DNA of 64,000 bases from Candidatus Alistipes equi (GTDB lineage Bacteria; Bacteroidota; Bacteroidia; Bacteroidales; Rikenellaceae). Under the pieces are notes generated by a model, which searched no databases, was not told the DNA's origin, and was given only the letters and a program-made list of their open reading frames with translations. Shown here in pieces: positions 18,405 to 29,387 of the stretch. The position numbers and the translations under genes are program-made. Each line of letters opens with the position of its first letter. Within the stretch, counting starts at the first letter, position 1. The DNA lies in the NCBI GenBank assembly GCA_018065435.1, contig JAGHTK010000076.1, positions 5,943 to 69,942 of the forward strand, written 5' to 3'.

Positions 18405-18441
18405 AAAATAGGACGCCGGTTCAAAAGAAGTACCGACGTCC
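18405..18441 (-). terminator. Intrinsic terminator of pgi
   Basis: Minus strand GGACGTCGGT...ACCGGCGTCC followed by TATTTT. Confidence 0.65.
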
Positions 18442-18464
18442 ACAAAATTTTATCTTAGAAAGAA

Positions 18465-19796
18465 TTATAGCCTTGACTTTATCTTCTTGGACTCTTCCTC
18501 ATATCCAGGCTTTTCAAGCAGGGCAAACATGTTTTTCTTGTAAGCCTCAACTCCTGGCTGATTGAAAGGATTCACTCCTAGCAGGTATCCACTGATTCCA
18601 CAAGCCTTCTCGAAGAAATAAATCAGCGCACCCAATGCTTTTTCATCGATGCTAGGGATAACGACCTTCAAATTAGGTACACCACCATCAACGTGAGCTA
18701 GCTGAACACCAAGTTCTGCCATCTTGTTGATTTGATTTAAGCGTCTTCCTGCAAGGTAATTAAGTCCATCCAGATTATCCTCGTCCGAAGGAACAGTTAC
18801 TGTATTGTCTGGATTAACTACAGATATAATGGTTTCAAAAAGATTCCTTTCACCATCTTGAATATATTGTCCCATTGAGTGCAAATCTGCTGTAAGTGTT
18901 ACAGAAGCAGGATAGAGACCTTTGTGGTCCTTTCCTTCACTCTCTCCGTAGAGTTGTTTCCACCATTCATTGATGTTCTGCAGTTTTGGCTCATAAGAAC
19001 CAAGAATTTCAATCTTCTTTCCTGCCAGGTATAAAGAATAACGAAGTGCTGCATACTGCATAGAGATATTATTCTCATAAGCAACATCAACACCTGTTAG
19101 CTTTTCAACCTGTGCGGCACCTTCAACCAACGCTTCGATATCAACACCTCCAACAGCCAAAGGTAAAAGTCCTACTGGAGAAAGAACCGAGAAACGTCCT
19201 CCTACATCATCCGGAATAACAAAAGTCTTGTATCCTTCTCTGGTTGCCAAAGTTTTGAGTGCGCCACGTGCCTTATCTGTAATGGCTACAATACGCGCCT
19301 TAGCGTCCTCCTTGCCATATCGGCGCTCAATCTCAGACTTAATCAAACGAAAAGCGATCGCAGGCTCTGTGGTGGTTCCTGACTTGGAGATAACAATCGT
19401 TGCGATGGAATATTCCTTAAGTGCACTGAGCATCTCCGCCACATAGTCTTCAGAAATATTCTGACCAGCAAAAAGAACAAGTGTTTTCTCATGCTTCTTT
19501 TTCAGAAGTTCAAAAGAATCACTCATTGCATCCATAACGGCCTTTGCTCCCAAATATGATCCACCAATACCAATGCAGATAACGACTTCTGCCTTGCTTT
19601 GTAGTTTTTGAGCGCACTGCTTCACTTCGTTAAGGTGTTCCTTTGAAATTGAAGAAGGAAGGTTAATCCAACCTAGAAAATCATTTCCAGCACCCTTTCC
19701 TGAGTGAAGTAGTTCATTTGCAGCAACCGCTGCAGCTTTAACATCATCACTGACGGCAATACCGCATTTGGCAGTTTCAAGTTTAATAAGTTCCAT
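18465..19796 (-). CDS. pgi: Glucose-6-phosphate isomerase
   Basis: [41 protein letters not shown] and [12 protein letters not shown]. Confidence 0.96.
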   Translation of the reverse strand: MELIKLETAKCGIAVSDDVKAAAVAANELLHSGKGAGNDFLGWINLPSSISKEHLNEVKQCAQKLQSKAEVVICIGIGGSYLGAKAVMDAMSDSFELLKKKHEKTLVLFAGQNISEDYVAEMLSALKEYSIATIVISKSGTTTEPAIAFRLIKSEIERRYGKEDAKARIVAITDKARGALKTLATREGYKTFVIPDDVGGRFSVLSPVGLLPLAVGGVDIEALVEGAAQVEKLTGVDVAYENNISMQYAALRYSLYLAGKKIEILGSYEPKLQNINEWWKQLYGESEGKDHKGLYPASVTLTADLHSMGQYIQDGERNLFETIISVVNPDNTVTVPSDEDNLDGLNYLAGRRLNQINKMAELGVQLAHVDGGVPNLKVVIPSIDEKALGALIYFFEKACGISGYLLGVNPFNQPGVEAYKKNMFALLEKPGYEEESKKIKSRL

Positions 19797-19885
19797 AGAA
19801 TATATTTTTTTATTAACGAAAAAACGAAGTGGCCATCGAATAGTCTAAGAATGATATCCTCGGCCATCCGCAAAAAGCATTTATA

Positions 19886-19893
19886 CAAATTTA
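19886..19893 (-). promoter_or_regulatory. -7 element (TAAATTTG) of pgi
   Basis: Consensus match. Confidence 0.6.
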
Positions 19894-20017
19894 AAAAATT
19901 ATTGCAAGAAAGGGATATGTTTAAGCCATCAAAACGTAAATATTCAGAAAAGAAACGCCTCGGAAAAAAAATAAAATTATTCTATGAAAAATTTGATTAT
20001 ATGTAGTGCTTTTTCCA

Positions 20018-20025
20018 TAATTTTG
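20018..20025 (+). promoter_or_regulatory. -7 element (TAATTTTG) of the mreB cluster
   Basis: Consensus match; TTTG at 19992-19995. Confidence 0.55.
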
Positions 20026-20070
20026 TAGAGACTGACATAGTATAGTTTTTTTGAGTTATATATAGTTTCA

Positions 20071-21090
20071 ATGGGATTGTTTTCACTCACACAAGAATTG
20101 GCCATAGACCTCGGAACAGCCAATACCATAATAATTTGCAATGATAAGGTGATGGTTGATGAGCCATCTGTCATTGCAGTCAACGTACGCACAGGCCAGC
20201 TGGAAGCAATAGGCAAAAAAGCAAAACCATATATTGGAGCATGTCCTCCGCACCTAAAGACAATACGCCCACTAAAGGATGGCGTTATAGCCGATTTTGA
20301 GGCTACGGAATGGATGCTTCGCGGAATGATTAGCAAAATAAAGCCACGCGGATCACTCTTTGCGCCTTCTCTAAAGATGGTTGTTTGCATTCCATCCGGA
20401 TCGACCAACGTTGAAATTAGAGCAGTGCATGACTCTGCAGAACATGCGGGAGCAAGGGAAGTTGCAATGATTTTCGAACCAATGGCAGCTGCACTTGGTG
20501 CTGGGCTCGACATTGAAGCTCCTGAAGGAAATCTCATCATAGACATCGGAGGTGGAACATCTGAATTCGCCTGCATCTCCCTTGGAGGAATTGTATGCTC
20601 GGAATCTGTCTCTGTTGCCGGTGATGTATTTACAGAAGACATCGTAAGGTATCTTCGTACGCAGCTTAACCTGAAAGTGGGAGAAAGAACTGCAGAAGAT
20701 ATCAAATGTAAAATCGGTGCAGCACTACCAAAGTTGGATGAAGAGCCTGAACCATACATACTTACTGGACCTAATACACTTACGGCTCTTCCTCAGACAG
20801 TTTCTCTGACATATACAGAAATATACAAGGCTTTGGATCCATCGTTGAAAAAACTGGACGAGGCGTTGATGCATGTACTTGAGAAGATGCCACCTGAACT
20901 ATATGCCGACATTGTACGTACAGGTATTCACATAGCAGGAGGTGGTGCCCTTATCAAAGGACTGGATAAGCGATTTACAAACAAGACTGGCATACAGTGC
21001 CACATTGCGGACGACCCACTAAGAGCAATCGTACGCGGTACAAATATGGCACTTAAGAATTTCGACCACTACTCATTCCTGCTCAGATAA
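20071..21090 (+). CDS. mreB: Rod shape-determining protein MreB
   Basis: AIDLGTANT, RPLKDGVIADF, EPMAAA, DIGGGT and AGGGALI. Confidence 0.96.
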   Translation: MGLFSLTQELAIDLGTANTIIICNDKVMVDEPSVIAVNVRTGQLEAIGKKAKPYIGACPPHLKTIRPLKDGVIADFEATEWMLRGMISKIKPRGSLFAPSLKMVVCIPSGSTNVEIRAVHDSAEHAGAREVAMIFEPMAAALGAGLDIEAPEGNLIIDIGGGTSEFACISLGGIVCSESVSVAGDVFTEDIVRYLRTQLNLKVGERTAEDIKCKIGAALPKLDEEPEPYILTGPNTLTALPQTVSLTYTEIYKALDPSLKKLDEALMHVLEKMPPELYADIVRTGIHIAGGGALIKGLDKRFTNKTGIQCHIADDPLRAIVRGTNMALKNFDHYSFLLR

Positions 21091-21126
21091 TTTTTCTTCT
21101 CAAAAATTTTCTGACAAAGGCAGAAT

Positions 21127-21966
21127 ATGGAAAAACTAATATTGTTTTTTAAACAGTCCTATTTGGCTATTATTTCAATTGTTGTAGAAATAATAGCCAT
21201 CTATTGTTATGTTAATTCGTCTGCCTATGCCGAGGCGCGCTTTCAAGACATGTCACAAAAGACTTTCGGACGTCTAGGCGTAGCTATGGGTGAAATCGGG
21301 AATTTTATATCCCTGGGAAAAGAAAACAGAAGACTTACAGAACGTATTGTCCAGTTAGAGAACAAAGTAGAAGAACTTAAAATACTTCAGACCAACATAC
21401 AAGGCACCCTACCACCATTGCAAACTCCCAGCAACGCAGTATGCCTTTCAGCAAGAATTGTATCAAACTCCACAAACAAGCCGAATAACTTTATCACAAT
21501 CAACAAAGGATACTCTGATGGCGTTGCAATCAATGACGCCATACTTTCAGCTGAAGGATATGCCGTAGGTAGCATAGTTCTATGTTCCGAGCACTACTGC
21601 ATAGCAAAAAGCATACTGAGCACTTCGCTCAAAATCAGCGGGCAACTCAAAAGCAACGGAAATATCGGAAGTATTCACTGGATGGGTGGCGATATCCATA
21701 TTGTCGATTTTACTGACATTGACAAGTATGCCGAAATTAATATCGGAGATGAGGTAGTTGCAGCAGGATTTTCTCATTATTTCCCTGATGGTACCACAAT
21801 TGGATATATTGAAGAGATTGTCAAAAACGAAAAAAAGACCTCACAACATTGCAAAGTACGACTCTGTGCAAACCTTTCAACCCTAAGAAATGTAATCATA
21901 TACAAACAGGATGGAATTATGGAAGCTGTGGATCTAGAAATGAACCTTGAAAAAAATGTACAATAA
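21127..21966 (+). CDS. mreC: Rod shape-determining protein MreC
   Basis: N-terminal TM + coiled coil (ENRRL); ITINKGYSDGV and FPDGTTIG; synteny. Confidence 0.88.
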   Translation: MEKLILFFKQSYLAIISIVVEIIAIYCYVNSSAYAEARFQDMSQKTFGRLGVAMGEIGNFISLGKENRRLTERIVQLENKVEELKILQTNIQGTLPPLQTPSNAVCLSARIVSNSTNKPNNFITINKGYSDGVAINDAILSAEGYAVGSIVLCSEHYCIAKSILSTSLKISGQLKSNGNIGSIHWMGGDIHIVDFTDIDKYAEINIGDEVVAAGFSHYFPDGTTIGYIEEIVKNEKKTSQHCKVRLCANLSTLRNVIIYKQDGIMEAVDLEMNLEKNVQ

Positions 21967-22471
21967 CAAACCACATATTCCCTTTTCAATTACGGTTCTG
22001 TTTTTGCAGATTTTCGTTTTGAACAACATAACCTTTACAAGTTATGTAGTACCTCTGCTGTATATATCCATAATTGTCATCATGCCTCTTAAATCAACAA
22101 GAGGGATACTAATATTAACGGCCGTGATTTTGGGAATTATGATGGATTTGTCAATGGGAACTTACGGACTAAACCTGGCCTCAACGTTGCCACTAGCATA
22201 CTTTAGACAAAACATTCTATTTCTATGCAATGAATCAGCGAACAGTAAAAAAGACGGCTTTCCAAGCAAGCGAACAATTGGATATCATAATTTTATATGC
22301 TATGTCCTTCTTATCTGCACTTTGCATAGCCTTCTGTTTTTCATGTTGGAAGCTATGACCTTCTCTAACATAGAATACCTGCTCACAAGATTCATCTTAA
22401 GTACCATAGCAACGCTATTTCTAACATTTGTAATGCTGTCAATATTCAAAAAAAGGATGAATGGATTATGA
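21956..22471 (+). CDS. mreD: Rod shape-determining protein MreD
   Basis: Hydrophobic protein with LQIFVLNNI and GIMMDL..GTYGLN; lies between mreC and mrdA. Confidence 0.8.
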   Translation: MYNNKPHIPFSITVLFLQIFVLNNITFTSYVVPLLYISIIVIMPLKSTRGILILTAVILGIMMDLSMGTYGLNLASTLPLAYFRQNILFLCNESANSKKDGFPSKRTIGYHNFICYVLLICTLHSLLFFMLEAMTFSNIEYLLTRFILSTIATLFLTFVMLSIFKKRMNGL

Positions 22472-24294
22472 TCAGTCATTACGAAGAACAAACAAGGAAA
22501 CGCATCTCCTTCATTATTCTGATTCTAATATTCGGAACATTTATAGCAAAGCTTGTCACACTTCAGATTTTAGATGAAAGTTACGAAGCTTCTGCTAAGG
22601 ATAACTATCTTCGATACGTAATCAAATATCCCCCACGCGGAGAAGTATACGACAGAAACGGCATAGCTCTGGTTCAGAACAAGGAGTGTTATGACCTTAT
22701 GGTCATCTCAAAAGATATACCAAAGAATGGATTCGACACTACAACACTTTGTCAGATAACAAACCTTTCCTACAAAAAGCTCAAAACAAGGCTTTCATCG
22801 GCAAGATACACTCCTCGCTCTGGATATCTTATTTCAAAATATTTAACACTTGAACAGAAGCTTCTTCTGGATGAAATCAATATACCCGGATTCTATACCG
22901 TTTCTCGTACGGTTAGAAACTATCCTCTAAACATAGGAGGAAATTTGCTTGGAAGTATCGGTGAAGTGACACCTGAAATGCTGGCAAGAAATCCCGAGTA
23001 TACCATTGGAGATTATGTCGGAACAGAAGGAATTGAGGCAGCATATGAAAAGGTGTTGTGCGGAGAAAAAGGCCTTGCCCTTCACAACATATATACGAAG
23101 GGAAATGAACATGATTCAATTATAAAGGCACCCATCCATGGCCAGGCAATTACCTGTACGATAGATGCCAAACTGCAGCTTCTTGCCGAGAGACTAATGC
23201 ACGATAAGGTTGGCGCCGTAGTCGCAATCGAACCTGCGACGGGAGAAATTCTAGTCATGGCCTCCTCGCCAACGTTTGATCCGAATGAACTTGTTGGTGC
23301 CCAGCGTGGCAACAACTACATGAAAGAACTTAAAAATCCAAGGAATCCGCTCTTTAACCGTGCAGTAAAAGGAAGGTATCCTCCAGGCTCAACATTCAAA
23401 CTAGCTAACGGTCTGATTGGTCTCGAGGAAAGCGTGCTTCTTCCACAGAACAGATACCCTTGCCATCAGGGATATACTCTGGGTAAAATCCACGTAGGAT
23501 GCCACTCACATCCTTCCCCCCTGGATCTGAGTTATGCCATAGCGACTTCTTGCAATGCATATTTCTGTTACGTGTTCCGTAATATCCTTGAAAACAGAAA
23601 GTTTGGCTCCGTTAAAAAAGGGTTTGAAGCATGGAGGGAATATGTCGAAAGTTTCGGATTTGGGAAAAAACTTAATTCTGATTTTTTGGGAGAAAGCTCT
23701 GGATTTTTACCATCAAAAGCTTATTACGACAAAAAATACAGAAATGCATGGAATGCCCTGACGCTTCTTTCGTTATCCATAGGTCAGGGAGAGTTAGGAT
23801 GCACGCCTTTACAAATGGCCAATTTTGCAGCCACAATTGCAAACCGCGGTTATTACTACATTCCTCACATCATTCGGCCGGATAGCCAAAACACTCTCAA
23901 CATTGACAAGCGGTTTTCTACAAAAAAATACACAATGGTCCGCAAGGAAAACTATGACATTATAGCCCAGGGCATGTGGCGTGGTGTGAATGTTGACGGA
24001 ACTTGCCGTTTGGCAGCTCTCAAGGGATGGGATGTGTGCGGAAAGACAGGAACAGCACAGAACCCACGCGGAAAGGATCATTCTACATTTATATCATTTG
24101 CTCCACTTCACAACCCAAAAATTGCCGTTGCGGTATATGTAGAACACGGCGGATTCGGAGCAGATATGGCTGTACCAATAGCGACGCTTCTTGAGGAGCA
24201 GTATCTTACTGATACCATCACACGATGGGACCTCTACGAGAATATTGTAAACAAACAGATCAATTACAAAGTTTATGACAGAGTACAGAAATAA
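22468..24294 (+). CDS. mrdA: Penicillin-binding protein 2
   Basis: RGEVYDRNG; SxxK (PGSTFK), SCN and KTGT motifs. Confidence 0.93.
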   Translation: MISHYEEQTRKRISFIILILIFGTFIAKLVTLQILDESYEASAKDNYLRYVIKYPPRGEVYDRNGIALVQNKECYDLMVISKDIPKNGFDTTTLCQITNLSYKKLKTRLSSARYTPRSGYLISKYLTLEQKLLLDEINIPGFYTVSRTVRNYPLNIGGNLLGSIGEVTPEMLARNPEYTIGDYVGTEGIEAAYEKVLCGEKGLALHNIYTKGNEHDSIIKAPIHGQAITCTIDAKLQLLAERLMHDKVGAVVAIEPATGEILVMASSPTFDPNELVGAQRGNNYMKELKNPRNPLFNRAVKGRYPPGSTFKLANGLIGLEESVLLPQNRYPCHQGYTLGKIHVGCHSHPSPLDLSYAIATSCNAYFCYVFRNILENRKFGSVKKGFEAWREYVESFGFGKKLNSDFLGESSGFLPSKAYYDKKYRNAWNALTLLSLSIGQGELGCTPLQMANFAATIANRGYYYIPHIIRPDSQNTLNIDKRFSTKKYTMVRKENYDIIAQGMWRGVNVDGTCRLAALKGWDVCGKTGTAQNPRGKDHSTFISFAPLHNPKIAVAVYVEHGGFGADMAVPIATLLEEQYLTDTITRWDLYENIVNKQINYKVYDRVQK

Positions 24295-25720
24295 CGCACG
24301 ACTCTTTGAAGGAATTGACTGGCTTACAATTCTTATCTACGTAGCCCTTACTATTATTGGGTTTCTATCCATCTTGTCTACAAAATACGTTGAAGATGAT
24401 CCAAATCCGTTTGCCTTTTCACATGAATACATGAAACAAATCATGTGGATTGGCATATCCTGGATTATGGGCTTTGTCATCCTTTTAATGAGATCCAGCA
24501 TTTGGCACAAATACGCATTTCATGCTTACGGATTTGCCCTTATATTGATTCTTATGACATTCTTTATAGGAAAGCAAATCAATGGAGCCAGGGCATGGAT
24601 TGTTGTGGGTCCTCTGCGCATTCAACCAATGGAAATAATGAAAATCGCGATAGGACTTACAATAGCAAAGGTGATGAGTGCCTATAATTTCTCCATAGAA
24701 CGGCCGAAAGACATAATGCATATTGGCTGTTTGATTGCTTTGCCAGTATTATTAGCTATTTTGCAAAATGACACCGGTAGTGGTCTTGTGCTTTTTTCAC
24801 TGCTTTTTATGCTCTATAGAGAAGGTTTGAATAATTGGATATGCATTCCTCTGATTTTTATGGCCGTACTATTTTTGTCATCGTTCATGCTCACGCAAAC
24901 CACCCTACTACTAAGTCTTGTAGCTGTGCTATACATATCAATGGCCATGATGAACAAAATCTGGAAAATAGCCATACGTGCTTTTGCAGCAACCCTGCTA
25001 ACAAGCATTATTATCTTTTGTTTAGGCCTTTTTATCAATTTATCGTACTATTACTCTCTTTTGATTACCTGCATTCTGTCGATTTTAGTAATTGTGTATT
25101 ATGCCTTTCGTACCAACATGAAAAACCTGTATATCCTGGCAGCAATTTTCACCATGTCAATTGTAATGATACACACATCTAATGATTTGCTTGACAGGAT
25201 GTTTACTCATCAAAAGGAAAGAATCGTAAGTTTCTTGGGTCTCAAAAGTGATCCTAGAGCAGATTACAATGTTATTCAGTCCAAGATAGCAATCGGGAGC
25301 GGTGGCCTTTTTGGCAAAGGATATATGCAGGGGACGCAGACAAGATACGGATTTGTTCCAGAAAGACACACAGACTTCATCTTCTGCAGTATAGGTGAAG
25401 AATTTGGGCTATGTGGTGCCACTGTGGTTCTTCTGCTACTTTTTGGATTGATATACAAAATGCTTAAGATGGCCGACAAACAACGCGATACATTCGGACG
25501 GGTATACTGTTGCTCTGTTGCCTCAATTCTGTTGTTCCACACCATGATAAATGTTGGAATGACAATCGGACTGGTTCCCGTTATGGGCATACCACTACCT
25601 TTTGTAAGTTATGGAGGAAGCTCTATGATGACGATGACCATTCTTGTGTTCATTGCCTTTAATATGGATGCTTCGACAAGATTGAGCATATCTTCTGACA
25701 GAGATAAAATGATATTCTAG
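24275..25720 (+). CDS. rodA: Rod shape-determining SEDS protein RodA
   Basis: INGARAW, IQPME, QSKIAIGSGG, PERHTDFIF and GIPLPFVSYGGSS; follows mrdA. Confidence 0.9.
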   Translation: MTEYRNNARLFEGIDWLTILIYVALTIIGFLSILSTKYVEDDPNPFAFSHEYMKQIMWIGISWIMGFVILLMRSSIWHKYAFHAYGFALILILMTFFIGKQINGARAWIVVGPLRIQPMEIMKIAIGLTIAKVMSAYNFSIERPKDIMHIGCLIALPVLLAILQNDTGSGLVLFSLLFMLYREGLNNWICIPLIFMAVLFLSSFMLTQTTLLLSLVAVLYISMAMMNKIWKIAIRAFAATLLTSIIIFCLGLFINLSYYYSLLITCILSILVIVYYAFRTNMKNLYILAAIFTMSIVMIHTSNDLLDRMFTHQKERIVSFLGLKSDPRADYNVIQSKIAIGSGGLFGKGYMQGTQTRYGFVPERHTDFIFCSIGEEFGLCGATVVLLLLFGLIYKMLKMADKQRDTFGRVYCCSVASILLFHTMINVGMTIGLVPVMGIPLPFVSYGGSSMMTMTILVFIAFNMDASTRLSISSDRDKMIF

Positions 25721-25757
25721 CAAATGGCGTATCATGTCAAAATAGATATGTTTTTGA

Positions 25758-25765
25758 TAAATTTG
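25758..25765 (+). promoter_or_regulatory. -7 element (TAAATTTG) upstream of murG
   Basis: Consensus match 22 nt before the ATG. Confidence 0.6.
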
Positions 25766-25787
25766 CATTGTAAAAAAAACTACCAAT

Positions 25788-26885
25788 ATGGTAAAAATAA
25801 TTTTGTCAGGAGGAGGCACCGGAGGTCATATCTATCCGGCAGTTGCGGTTGCTCAAGCTCTTACGAAAAGCCTTGGAAATGAGGTTGAAATACTATTTGT
25901 CGGAGCAGAAGGGAAAATGGAGTCTCAAACAATTCCACGTCTGGGCTACAAAATAGAGTGCCTGCCTATCGCAGGATTGCAAAGAAGTTTTTCACCAAAA
26001 AATCTTCTACTACCATTCAAAATACTGCGTTCCCTTATGCAGGCTCGTAAAATCATAAAAAAATTCCAGCCTCAAGTTGTAGCAGGCTTCGGCGGATATG
26101 CAAGTGCGCCGATTGTATGGGCCGCTCAAAAAGCCGGAGTACCAACCGTAATTCAGGAACAAAACTCCTACGCGGGTCTTACAAACAAACTTATAGCGCG
26201 ACGGGCAAAAAGCATTTGTGTGGCATGGCCTAAAATGGAACGCTTCTTCCCAAAAGAAAAAATAGTCTTTACAGGAAATCCTTTGCGCTCGGACTTTGCC
26301 TTAGAGGAGGTGAATCGTGAGGAAGCCCTCAAACATTTTGGTCTTAATGATGAGAAAAATATCATTTTGGTAGTCGGAGGTTCGCTTGGAACTCGCACCT
26401 TAAATGAAATGATGAAAAAGTGGCTAAAAAAGGTTAATGGCCAGGCTCCAGTACAGGTAATTTGGCAGACAGGCAAATATTACTGGGAAGAAATGCACGC
26501 CTTTTGGGAAAGCCATCCTACCCAAGGCATATGGCATGGAGCTTTCATACAAAGAATGGACTACGCCTATGCCGCAGCTTCGGTTGTTATATCCAGAAGT
26601 GGTGCATGTTCCGTTTCGGAGCTATGTCTTGCCGGTAAGGCTACCATTTTCGTACCTTCACCAAATGTAGCCGAAGACCATCAAACAAAAAATGCGATGT
26701 CGTTGGTTGAAAAAGATGCAGCGCTGATGGTCGCTGATGCCGAGGCTCCAGCAAAGGCGATAGATCTTGCAATTGAGATTGCCGGAGATAGGGCAAAGAA
26801 AGAATCACTAGAAAATCACATACAAGATTTTGCGACACCTCATAGTGCGGCTGATGTTGCAAAAGAAATAATAAAGTATTGCTAG
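25788..26885 (+). CDS. murG: MurG N-acetylglucosaminyl transferase
   Basis: GGGTGGHIYP, GGYAS, EQNS, TGNPLR, GGSLG and HQTKNA. Confidence 0.96.
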   Translation: MVKIILSGGGTGGHIYPAVAVAQALTKSLGNEVEILFVGAEGKMESQTIPRLGYKIECLPIAGLQRSFSPKNLLLPFKILRSLMQARKIIKKFQPQVVAGFGGYASAPIVWAAQKAGVPTVIQEQNSYAGLTNKLIARRAKSICVAWPKMERFFPKEKIVFTGNPLRSDFALEEVNREEALKHFGLNDEKNIILVVGGSLGTRTLNEMMKKWLKKVNGQAPVQVIWQTGKYYWEEMHAFWESHPTQGIWHGAFIQRMDYAYAAASVVISRSGACSVSELCLAGKATIFVPSPNVAEDHQTKNAMSLVEKDAALMVADAEAPAKAIDLAIEIAGDRAKKESLENHIQDFATPHSAADVAKEIIKYC

Positions 26886-26886
26886 C

Positions 26887-28269
26887 ATGAAAAAAGACCA
26901 TATATATTTCCTGGGTGTGGGAGGAATAGGCATGAGTGCCTTGGCAAGATTCTTCAACCACGAAAAGTGGTGTGTTGCTGGATATGACAGAACACCAAGT
27001 CGCCTGACCAGGGAGTTGGAAAGCGAAGGTATTGCCATACACTATGAAGATAATCTGGAACTCATTCCGGAAGGATTTCTCAATAGTTCACGTTGTGTTG
27101 TTGTATATACTCCTGCTATACCGCACGACCTTTCGGAGAAGTGCTATTTTGAGAAAAACGGATTTGAAATTCTCAAGCGCTCTGAAATGCTAGGACTTCT
27201 CTCGCAGGGTAAATATGTAATTGCTGTTGCCGGCACGCACGGCAAAACGACGACTTCGACCCTGGTGGCACACCTTACGCAAGAGGTACATAAACAAGGA
27301 AATGCATTCCTTGGAGGAATATCAAAAAACTTTCAAAGCAATCTGAGAATCGCAGAGGATGACTTAATGACTTTGGAGGCCGATGAATTTGATCGCTCAT
27401 TTTTGCGTCTTAACCCAAATGTGGCTGTAATCACCTCGGCAGATGCAGATCATCTTGATATATACGGCACTCACGAAAAGATGAAGGAAGCATTTAGTGA
27501 CTTTGTAAATCTAATTAAGAGCGATGGATGTCTTGTCATAAGAAAAGGAGTTGATATCAAACTTTCAAATAGTGGCATTACTATTTACCGCTATGCTGTG
27601 AATGATGTTGCTGATTTCTATTCTAACAATATTCGTCTTCAAAAGGACGGATGTCCGCTTTTTGATATCACAACACCTTTCGGAAAAATATGCGATTGTC
27701 GTTTGGGAATTCCAGGTATGGTCAACATCGAAAACGCGACTGCTGCCGTGGCGGCCTTTTTGTGTGCATCAAAAAAAAGAAACAGGGATGTCGATATAGA
27801 AAAACTTCGTCTGGCCTTGAGATCATTTTCTGGGGTTGTCCGCAGATTTGATGTCCATGTAAACTCTCCGAAAGCTATGTATATAGATGATTATGCACAC
27901 CATCCGAGAGAAATTGCTGCAACACTCTGTTCAACAAGAGAAATTTTTCCAAACAGAAAGATTACCGCACTTTTCCAACCGCATCTATACACACGCACAA
28001 GGGATTTGCACGAAGGATTTTCAAAAGCCCTCTCTCTGGCGGATGAAGTCGTACTACTTCCAATATATCCGGCTCGTGAAGAGCCTATTGATGGTGTCTC
28101 ATCCGAAATAATAGCTTGCGATATATCTGTTCCATGTACGATTACAGACAGGGAACATCTTTCCAAGATTGTTTCCAACATGGATACGGACATTGTCATA
28201 TCATTCGGTGCCGGAAACATAGACGCATGCGTTACGGAACTTACAAATGCAATTCAAAAGAAAGCATAA
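26887..28269 (+). CDS. murC: UDP-N-acetylmuramate-L-alanine ligase
   Basis: GVGGIGMSALA, AGTHGKTTT, EADEFD, DDYAHHP and FQPHLYTRT. Confidence 0.95.
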   Translation: MKKDHIYFLGVGGIGMSALARFFNHEKWCVAGYDRTPSRLTRELESEGIAIHYEDNLELIPEGFLNSSRCVVVYTPAIPHDLSEKCYFEKNGFEILKRSEMLGLLSQGKYVIAVAGTHGKTTTSTLVAHLTQEVHKQGNAFLGGISKNFQSNLRIAEDDLMTLEADEFDRSFLRLNPNVAVITSADADHLDIYGTHEKMKEAFSDFVNLIKSDGCLVIRKGVDIKLSNSGITIYRYAVNDVADFYSNNIRLQKDGCPLFDITTPFGKICDCRLGIPGMVNIENATAAVAAFLCASKKRNRDVDIEKLRLALRSFSGVVRRFDVHVNSPKAMYIDDYAHHPREIAATLCSTREIFPNRKITALFQPHLYTRTRDLHEGFSKALSLADEVVLLPIYPAREEPIDGVSSEIIACDISVPCTITDREHLSKIVSNMDTDIVISFGAGNIDACVTELTNAIQKKA

Positions 28270-28275
28270 AGACCT

Positions 28276-29373
28276 ATGTGGCGCAGAATCCTATATATTT
28301 TTGCCTATTTGGTAATATGGAGCGGAATAGTCCTTTGTATTGTATATGTTGCAAGACTATCATCCGCACATTGGGATGGACTGCACATAAATGAACTTGT
28401 AATTAAAACTCACAATTCGCACGCATTGCAAAGTCTCATTTCACAGGATGAGATTATAAAAATTCTTTCTAAAAATGGAGTCAATCCTTTGCATAAAGAC
28501 GTAGACAGCATTGATATGAGTCACATTAGAGATCTCGTACAGATGAAACAATGCGTTCAACAATGCAAGGTTTGGAGTACATATAGCGGTAAATTTAATA
28601 TTGATGTCAAAACATTTACCCCGCTTTTTAGGCTTATGGTCGATGGATATGACTGCTTTATAACCGAGCAGGGATACATCTTCCATCCAGACCCGTGTGG
28701 TTCATTCTACACGGATATCGTAACGGGGAAATATCAGCCTCCTTTTGCTAAGGATTATACGGGTGATGTCAAACAACACTTCCTAAAAGAACTTTTCCCG
28801 ATTAAAAAAGCCATTAAAACGTGTCTGGCAGAGGAAAAGAAAAGCCAATTTCAGATTGATTCCATACAAAAAGCCCTAAAGCAGAGAAAAAAGGCAAAAC
28901 TCAGAAAAAGCTTCTTTGAAAGCAGTAAACATTTCAAAAAAAGAAATGAGGATTTTGCTAAAGAAACTGATTATCTTTGTAAAAAATTGGCAGAAGAGAT
29001 TTCTCAAAGAAAAGAAGCACTAAGTCAAATGCAGATTTTCAAGGAGAAAACGCAGTTAATGCTACAGCAAACAACGAACGCTCATAGTCAGTTCTATAAG
29101 TTGCTGAACTTTATAAAGTATCTGCAACGTGATAGTTTATTCAGTGCTGAAACAGTACAACTCATTGCGCAAACCACATCCATAGGCAACATATCCCTAA
29201 GCCTTGTGATGCGAAGTGGAGATTATTGCCTAAAAGTGGGAGAGTTGCAAGGAATTGAACAAAAACTGGAAAAAGCAAAAAGTTTTCTTGGTAAAACTCT
29301 GTATAAACATAAAATTGGCGAAATGAAAGAAGTTGACGTAAGCGTTGACGGTGTTGTTATTACAAGACAATAA
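28276..29373 (+). CDS. FtsQ/DivIB-like cell division protein with a long charged insertion
   Basis: Lies between murC and ftsA; N-terminal TM, POTRA-like region, FtsQ-like C-terminus. Confidence 0.6.
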   Translation: MWRRILYIFAYLVIWSGIVLCIVYVARLSSAHWDGLHINELVIKTHNSHALQSLISQDEIIKILSKNGVNPLHKDVDSIDMSHIRDLVQMKQCVQQCKVWSTYSGKFNIDVKTFTPLFRLMVDGYDCFITEQGYIFHPDPCGSFYTDIVTGKYQPPFAKDYTGDVKQHFLKELFPIKKAIKTCLAEEKKSQFQIDSIQKALKQRKKAKLRKSFFESSKHFKKRNEDFAKETDYLCKKLAEEISQRKEALSQMQIFKEKTQLMLQQTTNAHSQFYKLLNFIKYLQRDSLFSAETVQLIAQTTSIGNISLSLVMRSGDYCLKVGELQGIEQKLEKAKSFLGKTLYKHKIGEMKEVDVSVDGVVITRQ

Positions 29374-29387
29374 GACAAGTATATATT

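Noticed and set aside
19825-19870. Repeated GGCCATC in the pgi leader as a possible riboswitch or tRNA relic
   Set aside because: Only 7-bp repeats; no convincing fold or known consensus
19977-20759. 260-aa ORF on the minus strand
   Set aside because: Antisense shadow of mreB with Ser/Ala-rich composition and no recognisable motif; the many other short antisense or nested ORFs in the track were dismissed for the same reason
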